Origin: the human T2T-CHM13v2.0 reference genome, Homo sapiens
Reading direction: 5' to 3'
Length of the DNA: 64,000 nt
NCBI GenBank assembly: GCA_009914755.4
Contig: CP068257.2
Location: forward strand, 25,056,001 to 25,120,000
Shown here: piece by piece, positions 13,638 through 26,690 of the stretch
How the letters are laid out: every line of letters begins with the position of its first letter
Numbering within the stretch: the first letter of the stretch is position 1
Made by a program: the position numbers and the translations under genes
Notes under the pieces: generated by a model
What the model was told of the DNA's origin: nothing
Databases searched by the model: none
The model's input: only the letters and a program-made list of their open reading frames with translations

Positions 13638-13689
13638 CCTCTGTGGTTTTCTAATGTCAAAAGCACTTTTTAAAATTTTAAATGTTTAA

Positions 13690-14180
13690 AATTTACATTT
13701 CAATACCTTTTTGGGGAACAGGTGGTGTTTGGTTACATGAATAAGTTCTTTAGTGGTGATTTCTGAGATTTTGGTTCACCTATCACCTGAGCAGTGTACA
13801 CCGTACCCAGTGTATAGTCTTTTATCCCTCAGCCCACTCCCACCATTTCCCCTGAGTCCCCAAAGTCCATTGTATCATTTTTATGTCTTTGTGTCCTCAT
13901 AGCTTAACTGCCACTTATGAATGAGAGCATAAAATGTTTGATTTTCTATTCCTGACTTACTTCACTTAGAATAATGGTCTCCAATTCCATCCAGATTGCT
14001 GCAAATGCCATTATTTCATTCCCTTATATGGTTGAGTAGTATTCCAGGGTATATATATGTATATACATATATCACATTTTCTTTATCCACTGGTTGATTG
14101 ATGGGCATTTGGGCTGGTTCTATATTTTTGCAATTGCAAATTGTGCTGCCATAAACATGCATGTACAAGTGTCTTTTTTG
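13690..14180 (-). mobile_element. LINE-1 3'-end fragment (older primate L1), ~0.5 kb
   Basis: Reverse complement of the L1 3' region: ...GCTTAACTGCCACTTATGAATGAGAGCATAAAATGTTTGATTTTCTATTCCTGACTTACTTCACTTAGAATAATGGTCTCCAATTCCATCCAGATTGCTGCAAATGCCATTATTTCATTC...ATCCACTGGTTGATTGATGGGCATTTGGGCTGGTTC. Confidence 0.7.
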
Positions 14181-16599
14181 TATAATGTGAATGTCAAAAG
14201 CATTTTAATGTCTCAGTCCTTTATCTTGTTAGTCACAGTGATTGTTCATGTAATAAACTCTGATGACAAATCCCTTTCAAGTCTTCTACATAATCAGAAA
14301 TCAGTTATACTGAATATTAGTTTTATTTTTTAAACCGTCATTATATTACAGTTGTCCACAAACAGAATAGATAAAAGTGTATGGAAGTCAGGAAGTGTAG
14401 TAATCAAACACTCATGCATTCACCGTACCAGGTAAGAACTAGCATATAATATTTGTTGAAGCTACCTTTGTGTTCCTCCTCCCCTTTGGGGTTAAGTAAA
14501 TTTGTCATTCTTGAGTCTTCAAAAATGTCTATATGTATAGGGTACATAGTAACTCTACCCAGTGCAATTAAACAGGAAATATTCCTCCATTACACTGTAT
14601 TCATGCACTAATTTATGCACTGAAACTATCATTCATTTATTCAATCCTTAATACCAATGTTAAAGCACTGCTTCAGAAGATATGGAGAGAGATTATACTA
14701 CATTAAGTAATATAATTTTATGCATTATAGAATAGAGTATGTATATGTATAATCAATATCTATATTTTTTCTCAAGATATTTTAACTATTATCAAAGGCT
14801 AGATGTTCAACAGGACATTATACATTTCTTTGATTTTTAAGTACTAACATTAATAATATCCATCAATTATTGGATGCTTAGTCCATGCTAGGCACTCTAT
14901 GATTACTGTCTCTTTTAATATTATGACAACCTTTTGATGTAGTTTATCATTTGGACCATGTGAATGACTGTAACAAGCATCGCAAAATCTCAGCAGCTTA
15001 ACAAAGAGAGATTTGTTTCTTACTCATCTCGAAGTCCCTTTTCTTTAAGCAGTGATTCAGGGATCCAGGCTTCTTCCTTTGGACCATTGGAGCCAAAGGG
15101 CTCATGGAACATTTTAGAGGCCAGGTCTGGAAATGACATGCACCTGTTCTGCTCACATGCCATTGACCTGAATTAATAACAGCATCCACGTGGTTCAAGT
15201 TAAGCTGGGAAGTGTAGTCTACCTGTGTGCCCAAATAGAAAATAAAATTATTTGGAAAACTCATAGTATTTTCTCTGCCACATAAATAAAATTAGGTGCT
15301 GTCTTTATTATTAATATTTTCAATTTATATTTGAGAAAGTCAAGGCTTAAAAAGATAAAAGGACTTGCTCATGGTAGGTAAATTGTTGAGCTAAGATTCT
15401 CAGAAGACACATCCTTACCTACTACACAATACAGTCTCCCAGCTCTTTCTTGAACAAATCAATGTTCATTATACCAGTGGTCTATATTGTTGTAACACAT
15501 TGCAACTAATAAGGAAAACATGCATGGATTTCCTTTAGAAATTAAATGATTGCTTAAGTATTTTTCTAAAATAAACCAGCATACCTACTTCTTGCATATT
15601 TTATTTTCTGAGTCATTGGCTTCGAGTAAATGATTTTGAGTGTTCATAAATCAGATGAAAACAAATTATTTGTTTTAACTGCATCAGGGATAATTAATTA
15701 TTGGACAATTTGAGCTTTTTAAAATTTTGCTTTGTGGAATTTAGACTCAGAGTTAAATATAACTTCCCTTAATGATGACTAAATTAAACGAAATTACAAC
15801 TGTCTTATCTACATGGATAATTGGGCCATCCACATGAGGCACTTCCAATTCTGAATTAATCATCTATTGCTTTTTTTCATAAGCTATGTTGATATTTTAC
15901 CACGACTTAGGACTAACTAAGGTGGTAAATTAAAAATCTGTTTTTTCATTTTGATGATAGCTCTACACAATTTCTATATTGGTGCAAATGTTGAGTTCTT
16001 ACATTTAGTTGGAAATATTTTTTAAATAACTTCATATGTAAATGTTATATGGAACCATTCTCCTTCACCTAGGAACTATATGGAATGTCCCAACTCCTTA
16101 ATATTCTCAAAATTTTTGGCACCAAGAAAGGATAATCAGAAATGAAACCAAATGTTGAGGTAAAAATCAAATAAGCACTATGTCCCTGTTCTCTCTTTTA
16201 GTGGAGTTGTTCAAAGTATCACGGTATTTGATAAGCCCAAATTCATGATGTAAGTTTTGAAATAATTATCAGTGAACAGCATTGTTCTCTGTTATGATTT
16301 ATAGAGTTGCTCTGAAGTTTTTGTTTTGTTTTGTTTTGTTCTGTTTGGAAGGGAGTGTGATAAAGAGAGCACTTTTGTCCCTAACTTGCTGTAGAGCTTT
16401 TCAAAAATTGTTAAATGTCTTGTAGGATGCTTTGTTGGCAAGCATGAGATAACTGTATTGACTTGTGTGCCTCAGCTCCAGAGAAAACAAAATTAGTTTA
16501 CTGGAGCAAAAAATGTTTTGAAAATTTATATAAATTCTACAAAGAAATGTCTAAAAACTTCTGATTTTGCACTGGACACCTCTCAGCCAAAATGGTAGA

Positions 16600-17595
16600 A
16601 TGGTCAGGGGTTGAATTGTGACCCCCAAAAAGATACTTTGAAGACCTATCCCATGTACCTGAGAATGTGACCTTATTTGGAAATAGGGTCTTTGCAGATG
16701 TAATCAAGTTATGATGAGGTCATTAGGATGGGCCCTAATCCAATATGACTGATGCCTTATAAGAAAAGGGAAGACTATATCAAGAGAAACACACAAGGAG
16801 AGAGCACCAGGTGGGCACAGATGTAGAGACTGAAACCATGTAGCTGTAAGCCAAGGATTGGACAGGATTGATGGTCGCCATCAGAAGCTAGGAAGAGGCA
16901 AGGAAATATTCTGTTACTGGAAAGGGGTCCAGATCCAGACCCCCAAAGAGGGCTCTTGGATCTCTTGCAAGAAAGAATTCAGGACAAGTCCATAGAGTAA
17001 AGTGAAAACAAGTTTATTAAGAGAGTGAAAGAATAAAGAATGGCCATTCCATAGGCAGAACAGTCCCGAGGGCTGCTGGTTGCCCATTTTTATGGTTATT
17101 TCTTGATTACACGCTAAACAATGAGATGAGTGGATTGTTCATGCCTCCCCTCTTTAGGCCATTTAAGGTATCTTCCTGACATTGCCATGGCATTTGTTAA
17201 CTATCATGGCGTTGATGGGAGTGTAGCAGTGACGACGACCAGAGGTCACTCTCATCACCATCTTGGTTTTGATGGATTTTAGCTGGCTTCTTTACTGCAA
17301 ACTGTTTTATCAGCAAGGCCTTTGTGGCCTGTATCTTGTGCCGATCTCCTATCTCATCCTGTGACTTTGGAATGCCCAACCTCCTGGGAATGCAGCCCAG
17401 TAGGTCTCAGCTTCACTTTACCCAGCCCCTATTCCAGATAGAGTCACTCTGGTTCAAAAGCCTCTGATATTTCTATCCAAAGACTCAGAGGGAGTGTGCC
17501 CCTATGAGTGCCTTAAGTTTGGACTTCTAGTCTTCAGAACTGTGCAAAAGTAAATTTCTGTTGTTTTAAACCACCCAGTTTGTGGTACATTGTTA
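16600..17595 (+). mobile_element. MaLR LTR, MLT1-like, split by a ~590 bp nested insertion (16925-17515)
   Basis: 5' part: ...GAGAATGTGACCTTATTTGGAAATAGGGTCTTTGCAGATGTAATCAAGTTATGATGAGGTCATTAGGATGGGCCCTAATCCAATATGACTGATGCCTTATAAGAAAAGGGAAG... 3' part: ...TTGGACTTCTAGTCTTCAGAACTGTGCAAAAGTAAATTTCTGTTGTTTTAAACCACCCAGTTTGTGGTACATTGTTACAGGAGTTCTAGGAAACACATACA. Confidence 0.6.
16925..17515. mobile_element. Unclassified interspersed-repeat insertion nested inside the MLT1-like LTR
   Basis: Contiguous block (...GGCCATTCCATAGGCAGAACAGTCCCGAGGGCTGCTGGTTGCCC...GCCATGGCATTTGTTAACTATCATGGCGTTGATGGGAGTGTAGCAGTGACGACGACCAGAGGTCACTCTCATCACCATCTTGGTTTTGATGG...) that interrupts the MLT1 consensus. I have seen this as a dispersed repeat but cannot name the family. 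Confidence 0.35.
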
Positions 17596-19500
17596 CAGGA
17601 GTTCTAGGAAACACATACAAATGGCTGCAAGTCAAACATGCAAAAGGGAAAGCTGTTTTTACTTATTTGCTTCTCTTTTCTCTTGGGGTTGGAGGAGAAT
17701 CCCTGCCATGGAGCCAGCGACCTAGGGCCTGAGAGTGTGGCTTTAGGCCCTTGAGGTGGTGCCTCAAGTAACTCCATGGAAGTCACAAAAATCAAGTAGA
17801 TTAAAGACCTGAGTGTCCCCCCGCCCCTCCGCATGTTCTTATGATAATGGGAGTGGAGTTGGTGATCAGGTGGGCTGTTTGTTACAACAAAGTATTTGTA
17901 GAAGATAAAAGGTTTGTAAAACTAAGCAATACATCTTTTCTTCAACAAACCCTGTCTCACTTTCTGTTATGTGCCTGTGGTCCTCTCTACTGCCCAGGAA
18001 GCTGGGTCATTCCACTTTCTCTGATCTAAGAGAAATTGCAGAGATGAAGGAGGGCTTGGCAGTTCGGGGACTAGCAGCCGGTGGTCAGCATCAGAACCAG
18101 TACCATCAAAAAACTGCAATGATAGTTGTCAACACTAGGTGGCACCACAGCAAAGCCTGCAGACGCCCCAGTCTCCAAGGAGTGCCACGCATCCCTGTGC
18201 TAGGAAGTTATAGGAATTCTCCTTCATCTGTGCGTGCCTCTTGCTTTCAGTAACCTACACCTTTCCTTTCAAACAGAAGTGATGCCTACCTGTGGACTAA
18301 GGCAGGGTTCAGCCTTAGAATGGGCTCATAATTCCTAGAGAATCATGATCCTGTAGAAGCAGGTGAAAGCAAAGACACCTGGATGAAAAGTTGAGTAAAA
18401 AAGAAAGCACCAATACCTGTGCTTTGAGTCACTTCACGATGTCCCCACCGCCTCCCTAGCTAAGACAGCCCTGCCACTTTCCCTGCCCTCCCCCACTTTT
18501 GTATGTCCAATTGAACCCTTTCTACAAAAGTCCCTTGAGAATGCCTGTTGTTCTTCTGAGGATGCTGTTAATACTCACTTTAGACATCACCAGGAGGCAC
18601 CCAGTGCGGCTGGCTCCATCTCACAAAATGTGACTTCTGCGATCCCCATCCTTCTTTGTATTTCTGGAAACACATGAACTGTACATTGAGTTGGTAAGAT
18701 CCTTCCTGGAACTTACTCCTGACCACATGATCAAAGCCCTGTGTAGTTTTCATGGTATAAGGCAATAACTCTTACTTAAATTTATTGGTTCTTTTTATAT
18801 ACAAGAGAACAGGTCAACTGCAACCTGTGTTTTAAGCACATTCAAAATACATTATAATTTGTTTTCATTTAACTGTCATCAACTTAGGTGAAAGTCATCC
18901 TTTTTAAGACCTTTGATTTGGAAGGAGTTTTCTCACTTGTGTTACATATTATGCCTTGCCTTTAAAGGTAGTCTTCAAACAAATATAATAATGAAAATTG
19001 GTTTGTATTAATGTAGTGGTAAAAATTTAGGTCTAAGGAGACAGATGAATTAGGTTTCTCGAGTCAATTTGAATGCAACAAAAAAAATCTAGGTTTCTTA
19101 TTTATAACTCCTGCATTTTACAAATCTGTCCATTTGAAGCTGTGGGCTTACATAAATCTGTCACTTGGTACATCAAATAATCTGGGATTGCTTACAATTT
19201 AACCATTAAGATCTTTTCTAATGCAGCTCATTTTTTAGAAAATCGTATTCAAGCATAGATTGCTGGGTTTTATTTAAAATTAAGATTTTTAAGACACAAT
19301 ATTCTCTTTTATTTCAGCTTTAGATCCCTTCCCCAAACAGTAAAAATGCTCGCATAAAAATAAAATATTATGAACAGATTTAGTGGCAGCTGATTCTGGG
19401 TTAAATGCTCCACCTTGTGGTTGAATAAGGAAATTTACTTTTTAACTTTTTATTTAATGATGTTAATATGAAAGTTGTCTTCTCTTTTTGTCCTTGGAAG

Positions 19501-19638
19501 ACAAAGAGACTGCTGCTGCTGATGGTGAAATTATCCATAATGTGTATATAGATTCACCAAGAAGATATGATTTGGTGGCTTCAGAAGCCAGATTTCGGGG
19601 TACACCAGAGACTCAGCAATTGACATTGGTGCCATCTG
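19501..19638 (+). other. Candidate internal coding exon (138 nt, one frame open: KETAAADGEIIHNVYIDSPRRYDLVASEARFRGTPETQQLTLVPS)
   Basis: Unique (non-repeat) sequence. Upstream is a pyrimidine tract ending ...tgtcttctctttttgtccttggaag| (AG acceptor). Downstream is a CTG|gtaaaacg donor. Frame 3 is open across all 46 codons while the other two frames contain stops. No protein match recognised. Confidence 0.2.
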
Positions 19639-19801
19639 GTAAAACGTGACCAAAATGAACCCCAAGTTAGTACCCTGAAGGTTTTACCCTTTGTGTAGAA
19701 ACGTTTCCTAAGTCATTCTACACAATAAATTAATACTACACAATTAATACCTGCACATATAGTCCAGAAGGAAATGAAATGGACAGGTGCCTGTGTGCGC
19801 G

Positions 19802-19803
<2 letters not shown>

Positions 19804-19851
<48 letters not shown>

Positions 19852-19866
19852 TGTGTGTGTGTGTAG
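19804..19866. repeat. (TG)n microsatellite, ~31 units with one interruption
   Basis: tgtgtgtg...tatgtgtgtgtgtgtgtgtag. Confidence 0.95.
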
Positions 19867-20283
19867 GTGGGGTAAGGGGATAGGAAATTACAGCTCTGAG
19901 GGTGAAACTAATTTAGTTCTATTTTCAGAAGCCTCAAATCTCCACTCCCACTTCTCTTGCAGTATGCAGGAAGGAGGCTGGATCCCATCAATACCTAAGG
20001 AAAGCTCACTATCACTTGCTTTGGAAAATGGAAAATTCCATTCTCATCAGCTTTCTGCAGAACCTGGAGCCATCTCAGCCAACCAGAGTTCTTTCATCGA
20101 GATGGGCCCTACAGATGCTTTCTCCTTTCTTTTCATCCTAAAGAAATGCTACCCTCATATCTGTTTTTACTTCCATAAGCTTATTTTTCTTTTTGTCACA
20201 GAACTTCGTAGGTACATTTTAGGGCACATTAAATTTTAGCTAATACTTATTGCTTCCGAAATAATATCTGTTCTGGTTTTCAA

Positions 20284-20696
20284 TTGGCCATTCTTGCATT
20301 GCTATAAAAAATACCTGAGACTGGGTAATTTATAAAAGAGGTTTAATTGGCTCATGGTTTTGTAGGCAGTACAGGAAGTATGGTGCTGGCATCTGCTTGG
20401 CTTCTGTGGAGGCCTCAGGAAACTTACAGTCGTGGCAGAAGGCAAAGCAGGAGCAGGCACATGGCCAGAACAGGAGAGAGAGAGAGTCGGGGGTGAGGTG
20501 CCACATACCTTTAAACAACTAGATTTCACAAGAACTCACTCAGTATCTCGACAAGAGCACCAAGAGGCTGGTGCTAAGCCATTCATGAGAAATCCACATC
20601 CATGATCCAAACACCTCCCACGAGGCCCCACCTGCAACACTGGGGATTACAATTCAACATGAGATTTGAGAGGGAACAAATATCCAAATTATATCA
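20284..20696 (-). mobile_element. MaLR LTR (THE1/MST-like), solo
   Basis: TTGGCCATTCTTGCATTGCTATAAAAAATACCTGAGACTGGGTAATTTATAAAAGAGGTTTAATTGGCTCATGG...CAAACACCTCCCACGAGGCCCCACCTGCAACACTGGGGATTACAATTCAACATGAGATTTGAGAGGGAACAAATATCCAAATTATATCA. Confidence 0.7.
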
Positions 20697-21023
20697 CCAT
20701 TGCATTTTATTGTTTTCTACCTTCAGTAAAATAGCTTCTGACAGCAAAATGAGTCACACTAGACCTCCTGAATTTAAGGAGAAAGGTGTGTGGTCTATTA
20801 ACATTTGTGTATTTTGTTGTCCTTTCCTTGAAAGTAGAAGATTCAGAAGGAAGTCCCAGGCCTCCTAGTCCCTTCCCCCTGTCTTTGCAAAGAGGATGAA
20901 GACGGTAATGCCCCATCTCAGGGAACATGTTCCTAACAGCCAGTTTAAAACCTTTAACACAGAAAGAGAAAGAAATAGTTTTGCTGAATTCATTTACTAG
21001 TAATATTTTAAAAGCAGTGTTTA

Positions 21024-21382
<359 letters not shown>

Positions 21383-21564
21383 TCAGAATGAGAAAATGAT
21401 GACAGTGGGCAGGCTGGCGGGCGACTGCAGATGAAATGTGGTGATTATGAAAAGTGTAGCATCTCTAGAGCCTTAGGCACATGCCTGGTTATGTGTTAAG
21501 AGCTATTCAAGAATAAGCTGTTCTAATAATCACAACTCTATAAGATGGGGCTACTAGTGTCCCC

Positions 21565-21725
21565 ATAAAATATAAGGAAACTGAGACATGGGGTCATTGT
21601 CACACCTCCCTAATGTCATATGGCTGGAAAGTGGCAAAGTCAGAATTTGAACCCAGGGTCCTTCTGCCTCCAGCATTCATGTTCTTCATCTCAACACTCT
21701 CCCAGATTTTGTGGCAACAGTTGAA
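21565..21725 (+). mobile_element. MIR SINE core fragment
   Basis: AGGAAACTGAGACATGGGGTCATTGTCACACCTCCCTAATGTCATATGGCTGGAAAGTGGCAAAGTCAGAATTTGAACCCAGGGTCCTTCTGCCTCCAGCATTCATGTTC matches the MIR core (...GAGGAAACTGAGGCACAGAGAGGTTAAGTAACTTGCCCAAGGTCACACAGCTAGTAAGTGGCAGAGCCAGGATTCGAACCCAGG...). Confidence 0.55.
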
Positions 21726-22329
21726 AATCAATATTGCCCTAAACCACTGTAATTTCAACAAAGATCTATGAACACCTATCATGTGTCAGGCCCGTGATGA
21801 ACTCTGAGGGCACTGAGATGGATGACCTGGTCCCAGCTGTCCAGCCTCTGGTGAGTCTTTTTCAGCCTGTGAACACAGCTGTGGGAAACCTCCAATACCA
21901 CACACAGCTTTTGCCCACCGGGCAGGCCCAACAAATGGCGTCTAGACACCACATACCATAGAGCCGCTGCCTTGCCAGCCATGAGGTCACACAACGCACT
22001 AGTCCACAGCACGCAAGCTGCCTTGGCGGCGTCTCAGGCCTGCTAATTGGGACAGGTGCAGAGTGATGACAGCGGGCCACCCACAGAGCTCTGGCACACT
22101 GGCAAAGACATGAGGAGCGGGAGGACAGGAAGAAGAGAAAGCCTGAACTGCAGCCTGGGCAGTGGTGGCTGGCAGATAAAAACATCCTTTATGCACCAAG
22201 AACTTGGCTATTTTTGGAATGGGCATTCCCTAATCTCTAAAGCAAATGGTAAAGCCTCAGGAAATGAGAGCCTATGAAAATATATGCCTACATGCAACCA
22301 CCAGCCTTCCAAACTGGAAAGATAATTTG

Positions 22330-22382
22330 CACATATACACACATACACGCACGCACAGACACACATACATACATGCACAAAC
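22330..22382. repeat. Imperfect (CA)n-like low-complexity tract
   Basis: acacacatacacgcacgcacagacacacatacatacatgcacaaacac. Confidence 0.6.
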
Positions 22383-23089
22383 ACTCCGATAATTCTAGTA
22401 GAAGCTGTGGATCTTTGTAGGATGTAAAGGGAAATGCTACTTCAGGGACAACCATTTTAACAGGTTCATTTCAAATGGGTAGGTAAGAATTAGAAGTAAA
22501 AATAAAAGAAAGACCATCTCAGTTACAGGTTAACAGTTGGTTAGGAGACATCATGAAAATGCTAAAGGAAAAGGAGCAGATTTAGAAGAAGCATGTAAAG
22601 AAATAAAGTTGACCTTTCTAGATTCTGAAGTTATCGGCAGAATTGATCTAATGTAAGTATTGGCAGGAATATTGTAGGAAGACACCAAGAGGAATGAGAT
22701 AAGGTCACTTGATTGCAGGAATTTATAGTATAACAGGGCAAATCATTAAGAAATGTCTAAAGTTTTGGTGGAAAGACGCTCATTTTTATGTGAACTAATG
22801 GATGCTAATTTTCTTTCAAATGTATAACTGATATTGAATTTAAATGCTCAGCTACATGTAACATGCATTTCTGTTACAGTCTGTTAGGATCTCAGTGGGA
22901 CTTTAAGAAATAATAAGACATAGAAACATGACTCGTAATGAGAAGCTAAACACAAAGATAGCGTATATGATTTATATTATGCAACTTTTTTTTAAAGTTA
23001 GGAGGCAATCACAATTGCTTACTTAATCTAGGTACTTGCAATTAAGCCATGAGCTGAGTATCAGATACCTATTCATTTTCTCCACATCA

Positions 23090-23432
<343 letters not shown>

Positions 23433-23746
23433 TTAATAAGTCACCTCCTTTATTTCAAAAGCTTATGCTTTGCAACGTATTTATCAAAAAATACCTGACA
23501 ACTGCACTTCCGTTTGGATGTTGCAAGAATAAAATTAAGATAATATTCATGAAGTCTTCTGAGGCCCTTATTATAGATATTTTAGATAAATGTTTCATTG
23601 TTATTAGAAGCTAAAGCAATCTATTAAGTGCCCATGGCATTTATTTTTTAATCGTGAAAACTTGGAAGTTATTTGGTTTCTGTTGTAATTTTAATAGTTA
23701 CATTTGTAACACAAAAGATAAAGAAAATTTATTTGTTAATGTTTGC

Positions 23747-23792
<46 letters not shown>
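23747..23792. repeat. (GT)n microsatellite, ~23 units
   Basis: tgtgtgtgtgtg...gtgtgtag. Confidence 0.95.
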
Positions 23793-23794
<2 letters not shown>

Positions 23795-24405
23795 GATGAC
23801 TTATGCCCCGCAAAGATATTCAGCTCTTAGACCCTGTATCCCTGTGTAAGTTACCTTATGGCAATAGGGATTTTGCAGATGTGATTAAGTTACAGATCTT
23901 GAGATGCGAATATTATTTTGAATTATTCCAGTGGGCCCAGTGTAATCACCACAGGGGTCTTCATAAGAGGGAGAATTAGAGTCTGCAGCAGACAGCACCA
24001 TGGAAGCAAGAGGTTGCAGTAATGTTAAGAAGGGGTCATGAGCCAAGGAATGCAGGCAGCCGCTGGAAACTGAACAAGAGAGAGGAATATCTTCTCCCCT
24101 AGAACCTGTAAGAGGAACCAGCCCTGATTGCACCTTGACCTTCATCCAGGGAGACTGATTGTGAACTTCCGACATCCAGAAATATAAGAAAATAAATTTG
24201 TGCTGTCTTAAGCCACTAAGTTGGTGGCAATTTGTTATACAGAGCCCCAAGAAACTCATAGTGTGTGTGTGTATACATTCATATACTCAATGATGTCTCA
24301 GATAATAAGGTGAATCAGATCAGCTGTCCCTTTGATTGAATTCAAAGTCAGGTTTTTTTCAATGATTCATTTTTTTTAAGGCATTTTGACATACTGTAGT
24401 ATGGT

Positions 24406-24708
24406 TTCTTTTTTTTTTCTTTTTTGAGACGGGGTCTCCCTCTGTCACCCAGGCTGGACTGCAGTAGCTGGGTCTCAGCTCACTGCAACTTCCGCCTCTG
24501 GGGTTCAAGCAATTCTCCTACCTCAGCCTCCTGAGTAGCTGGGATTACAGGCGTGTGCTACCACGCCCGGCTAATTTTTTTTTGTTTTTAGTAGAGACGG
24601 GGTGTCACCGTGTTAGCCAGGATGGTCTTGAACTCCTGACCTCGTGATCCGCCCGCCTGGGCCTCCCAAAGTGCTGGGATTACAGGCGGGAGCCACCGCG
24701 CCCAGCCC
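24406..24708 (-). mobile_element. Alu SINE, full-length, CpG-rich
   Basis: T-rich leader, then GAGACGGGGTCTCCCTCTGTCACCCAGGCTGGACTGCAG...GATCCGCCCGCCTGGGCCTCCCAAAGTGCTGGGATTACAGGCGGGAGCCACCGCGCCCAGCC. Many CpGs are retained, so this is a relatively young insertion. Confidence 0.95.
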
Positions 24709-26329
24709 AAAGTATGGTTTCTATAAAAGTCTAAACAAAACAAGGGTCAGCTCTTTTTCTCAAGGACATTATTATTTGCTGAATCTTCCACCATTACTGT
24801 ACTTTAGAGACCATGTGGAATTGTTTTTCACTGGGAGAAGGGGAGTTTACTTATTTAGGGTAATATTGGTGTAAAAGAATGTAGACACAAGCAAGCAGTT
24901 ACTCAATCTACAATTGTAAAGAAGGCTGCTAATGTCACCATAAAGTGGCTGGGTCCTGGATTCTTTCTGCCAGCACACAAAATGAGGATAGGCAACTCTC
25001 AGGGCAAATTGAAAGTTGACAAGGTTTGTCTGCAGGACCCTCCCAGACACCTTTTCTCTACATATCTTTTAAGAACAAGGCCTGCACATTTCTTGGTTCT
25101 AATATGCAACTCCTTTTCTGTTAAAATGGAGAGTATGATATTATATTTGCATTCATACAGAAACTAATTGATAATGAGAGAATAGGTTAAACTTTAATTT
25201 GCATTTATAATTCTTAATTATGGAGTATTTTGAGGCTATGATTAGCAATAGAAGAAAGCTGGAGACCTTCATGTGGTGATGTTGGGCATAAGACTGGTCC
25301 TGAAGCCTGCTCATGTCATTTTTAGAGTACCTTGGTGGTTTTGCTCAAAAGATGCAAAACATTCTAAAGAGTGACAACAGTCCTCTTCCCGTGGTATATT
25401 CATGTAGGCTAGCAAGAGCTGATTGTGATATATCCAAGAATTTAAAAATCCAGTTGTTACACAACTGGTAGCTGAAGACAACTATAGGGAGAACATTTAC
25501 ACCACAGAAATTGGCAAAAGCTCTAACTCAGGGCTTTTTTCCCCTTCCCCTTCTGGGATGGCTTATATGCTCATTATAGTTTACTTCCTGTTCTCTCTTA
25601 AAAATAATCTTTCTTCTGTTCTCCCTGAGCTGCAAGACTTTTCACCAGGGACTTTGAGCCTACCCTCACTGTAATTTCTTTTCTGACCGCTGCTATTTCT
25701 TGGTCAGGGCTGGCTCAACCAATAGGTGCAGTAGACACCGCGTCTAGGGCCCATGATACTTTCAGGGGCCCAAGAAATATTTAATTTCTTTCCAAATTAT
25801 ATGAGAAATATAAATATAATAGCACATGCACATATGTAATATAACATATATGTGTATATATGTAAAATGTGTAATGTATAATGAATCTAGCCCATATTAT
25901 ATTCATCTACATAACCAACACATTCATAAAGTACAATTTCTGGTATTTTGTTATGGAGGAAGGAGATCACAAAGACAAGGTGCCTAGGGCCCACAGAAGT
26001 TATAATATGGCCTCCCGTAGGCCCTCTTCAGCCTCAGTCCAGAGTTGACTTAAAGTAAGTCTTGTTTTTTCAGGATGCACTTTTATAAAATTCACCTATA
26101 TGCTATAATGTATATTGGCAGCACCACTTCAGATGCCTGGGGGATAGGCACTACATTACCCTTAGAAGCCCGAGTTAAGTTCATGTTTGCATGTGCTTTT
26201 AAATATGTCTGGTTTTGATTAATACCATCTTGTATTTGTGATTCTTTCAAAAGATGGAAAAAACAGCAAAACCAATATATGGATTCCAATGAATGGAACA
26301 TCTGCTACCTTTGTTACATATTTCATATT

Positions 26330-26690
26330 TGGTATGATTTGGCTCTGTGTCCCCACCCAAATCTCATCTTGAATTGTAATCCCCATGTGTTGAAGGAGGG
26401 ACCTGGTGGGAGGTGAGTGGATCACGGGGGTTCTCATGATAGTGAGCGAGTTTTCACAAGATCTTATGCTTTAAAGGTGTTTGGCAGTTTCTCTCTTGGC
26501 CCAGTCTCTCTCTCTTGCCACCATGTAAGATGTGCCTTGCTTCTGCGTATGCCATGATTGTAAGTTTTCTGAGGTCTCCCCAGCCATGCAGATCTGTGAG
26601 TCAATTAAACCTCCTTTCTTTATAAATTACCCAGTCTCAGGTGGTATCTTTGTAGCAGTTTGAAAACAGACTATACAATATTCATGCTTA
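26330..26690 (+). mobile_element. MaLR LTR (THE1/MST-like), solo
   Basis: TGGTATGATTTGGCTCTGTGTCCCCACCCAAATCTCATCTTGAATTGTAATCCCCATGTGTTGAAGGAGGGACCTGGTGGGAGGTGAGTGGATCACGGGGG...CCCCAGCCATGCAGATCTGTGAGTCAATTAAACCTCCTTTCTTTATAAATTACCCAGTCTCAGGTGG...GACTATACAA. Confidence 0.75.

Noticed and set aside
21565-21725. Possible tRNA-like or other structured RNA because of the MIR (tRNA-derived SINE) similarity
   Set aside because: It matches the MIR core only, lacks an intact tRNA-like cloverleaf and A/B boxes, and is an ancient decayed SINE copy.
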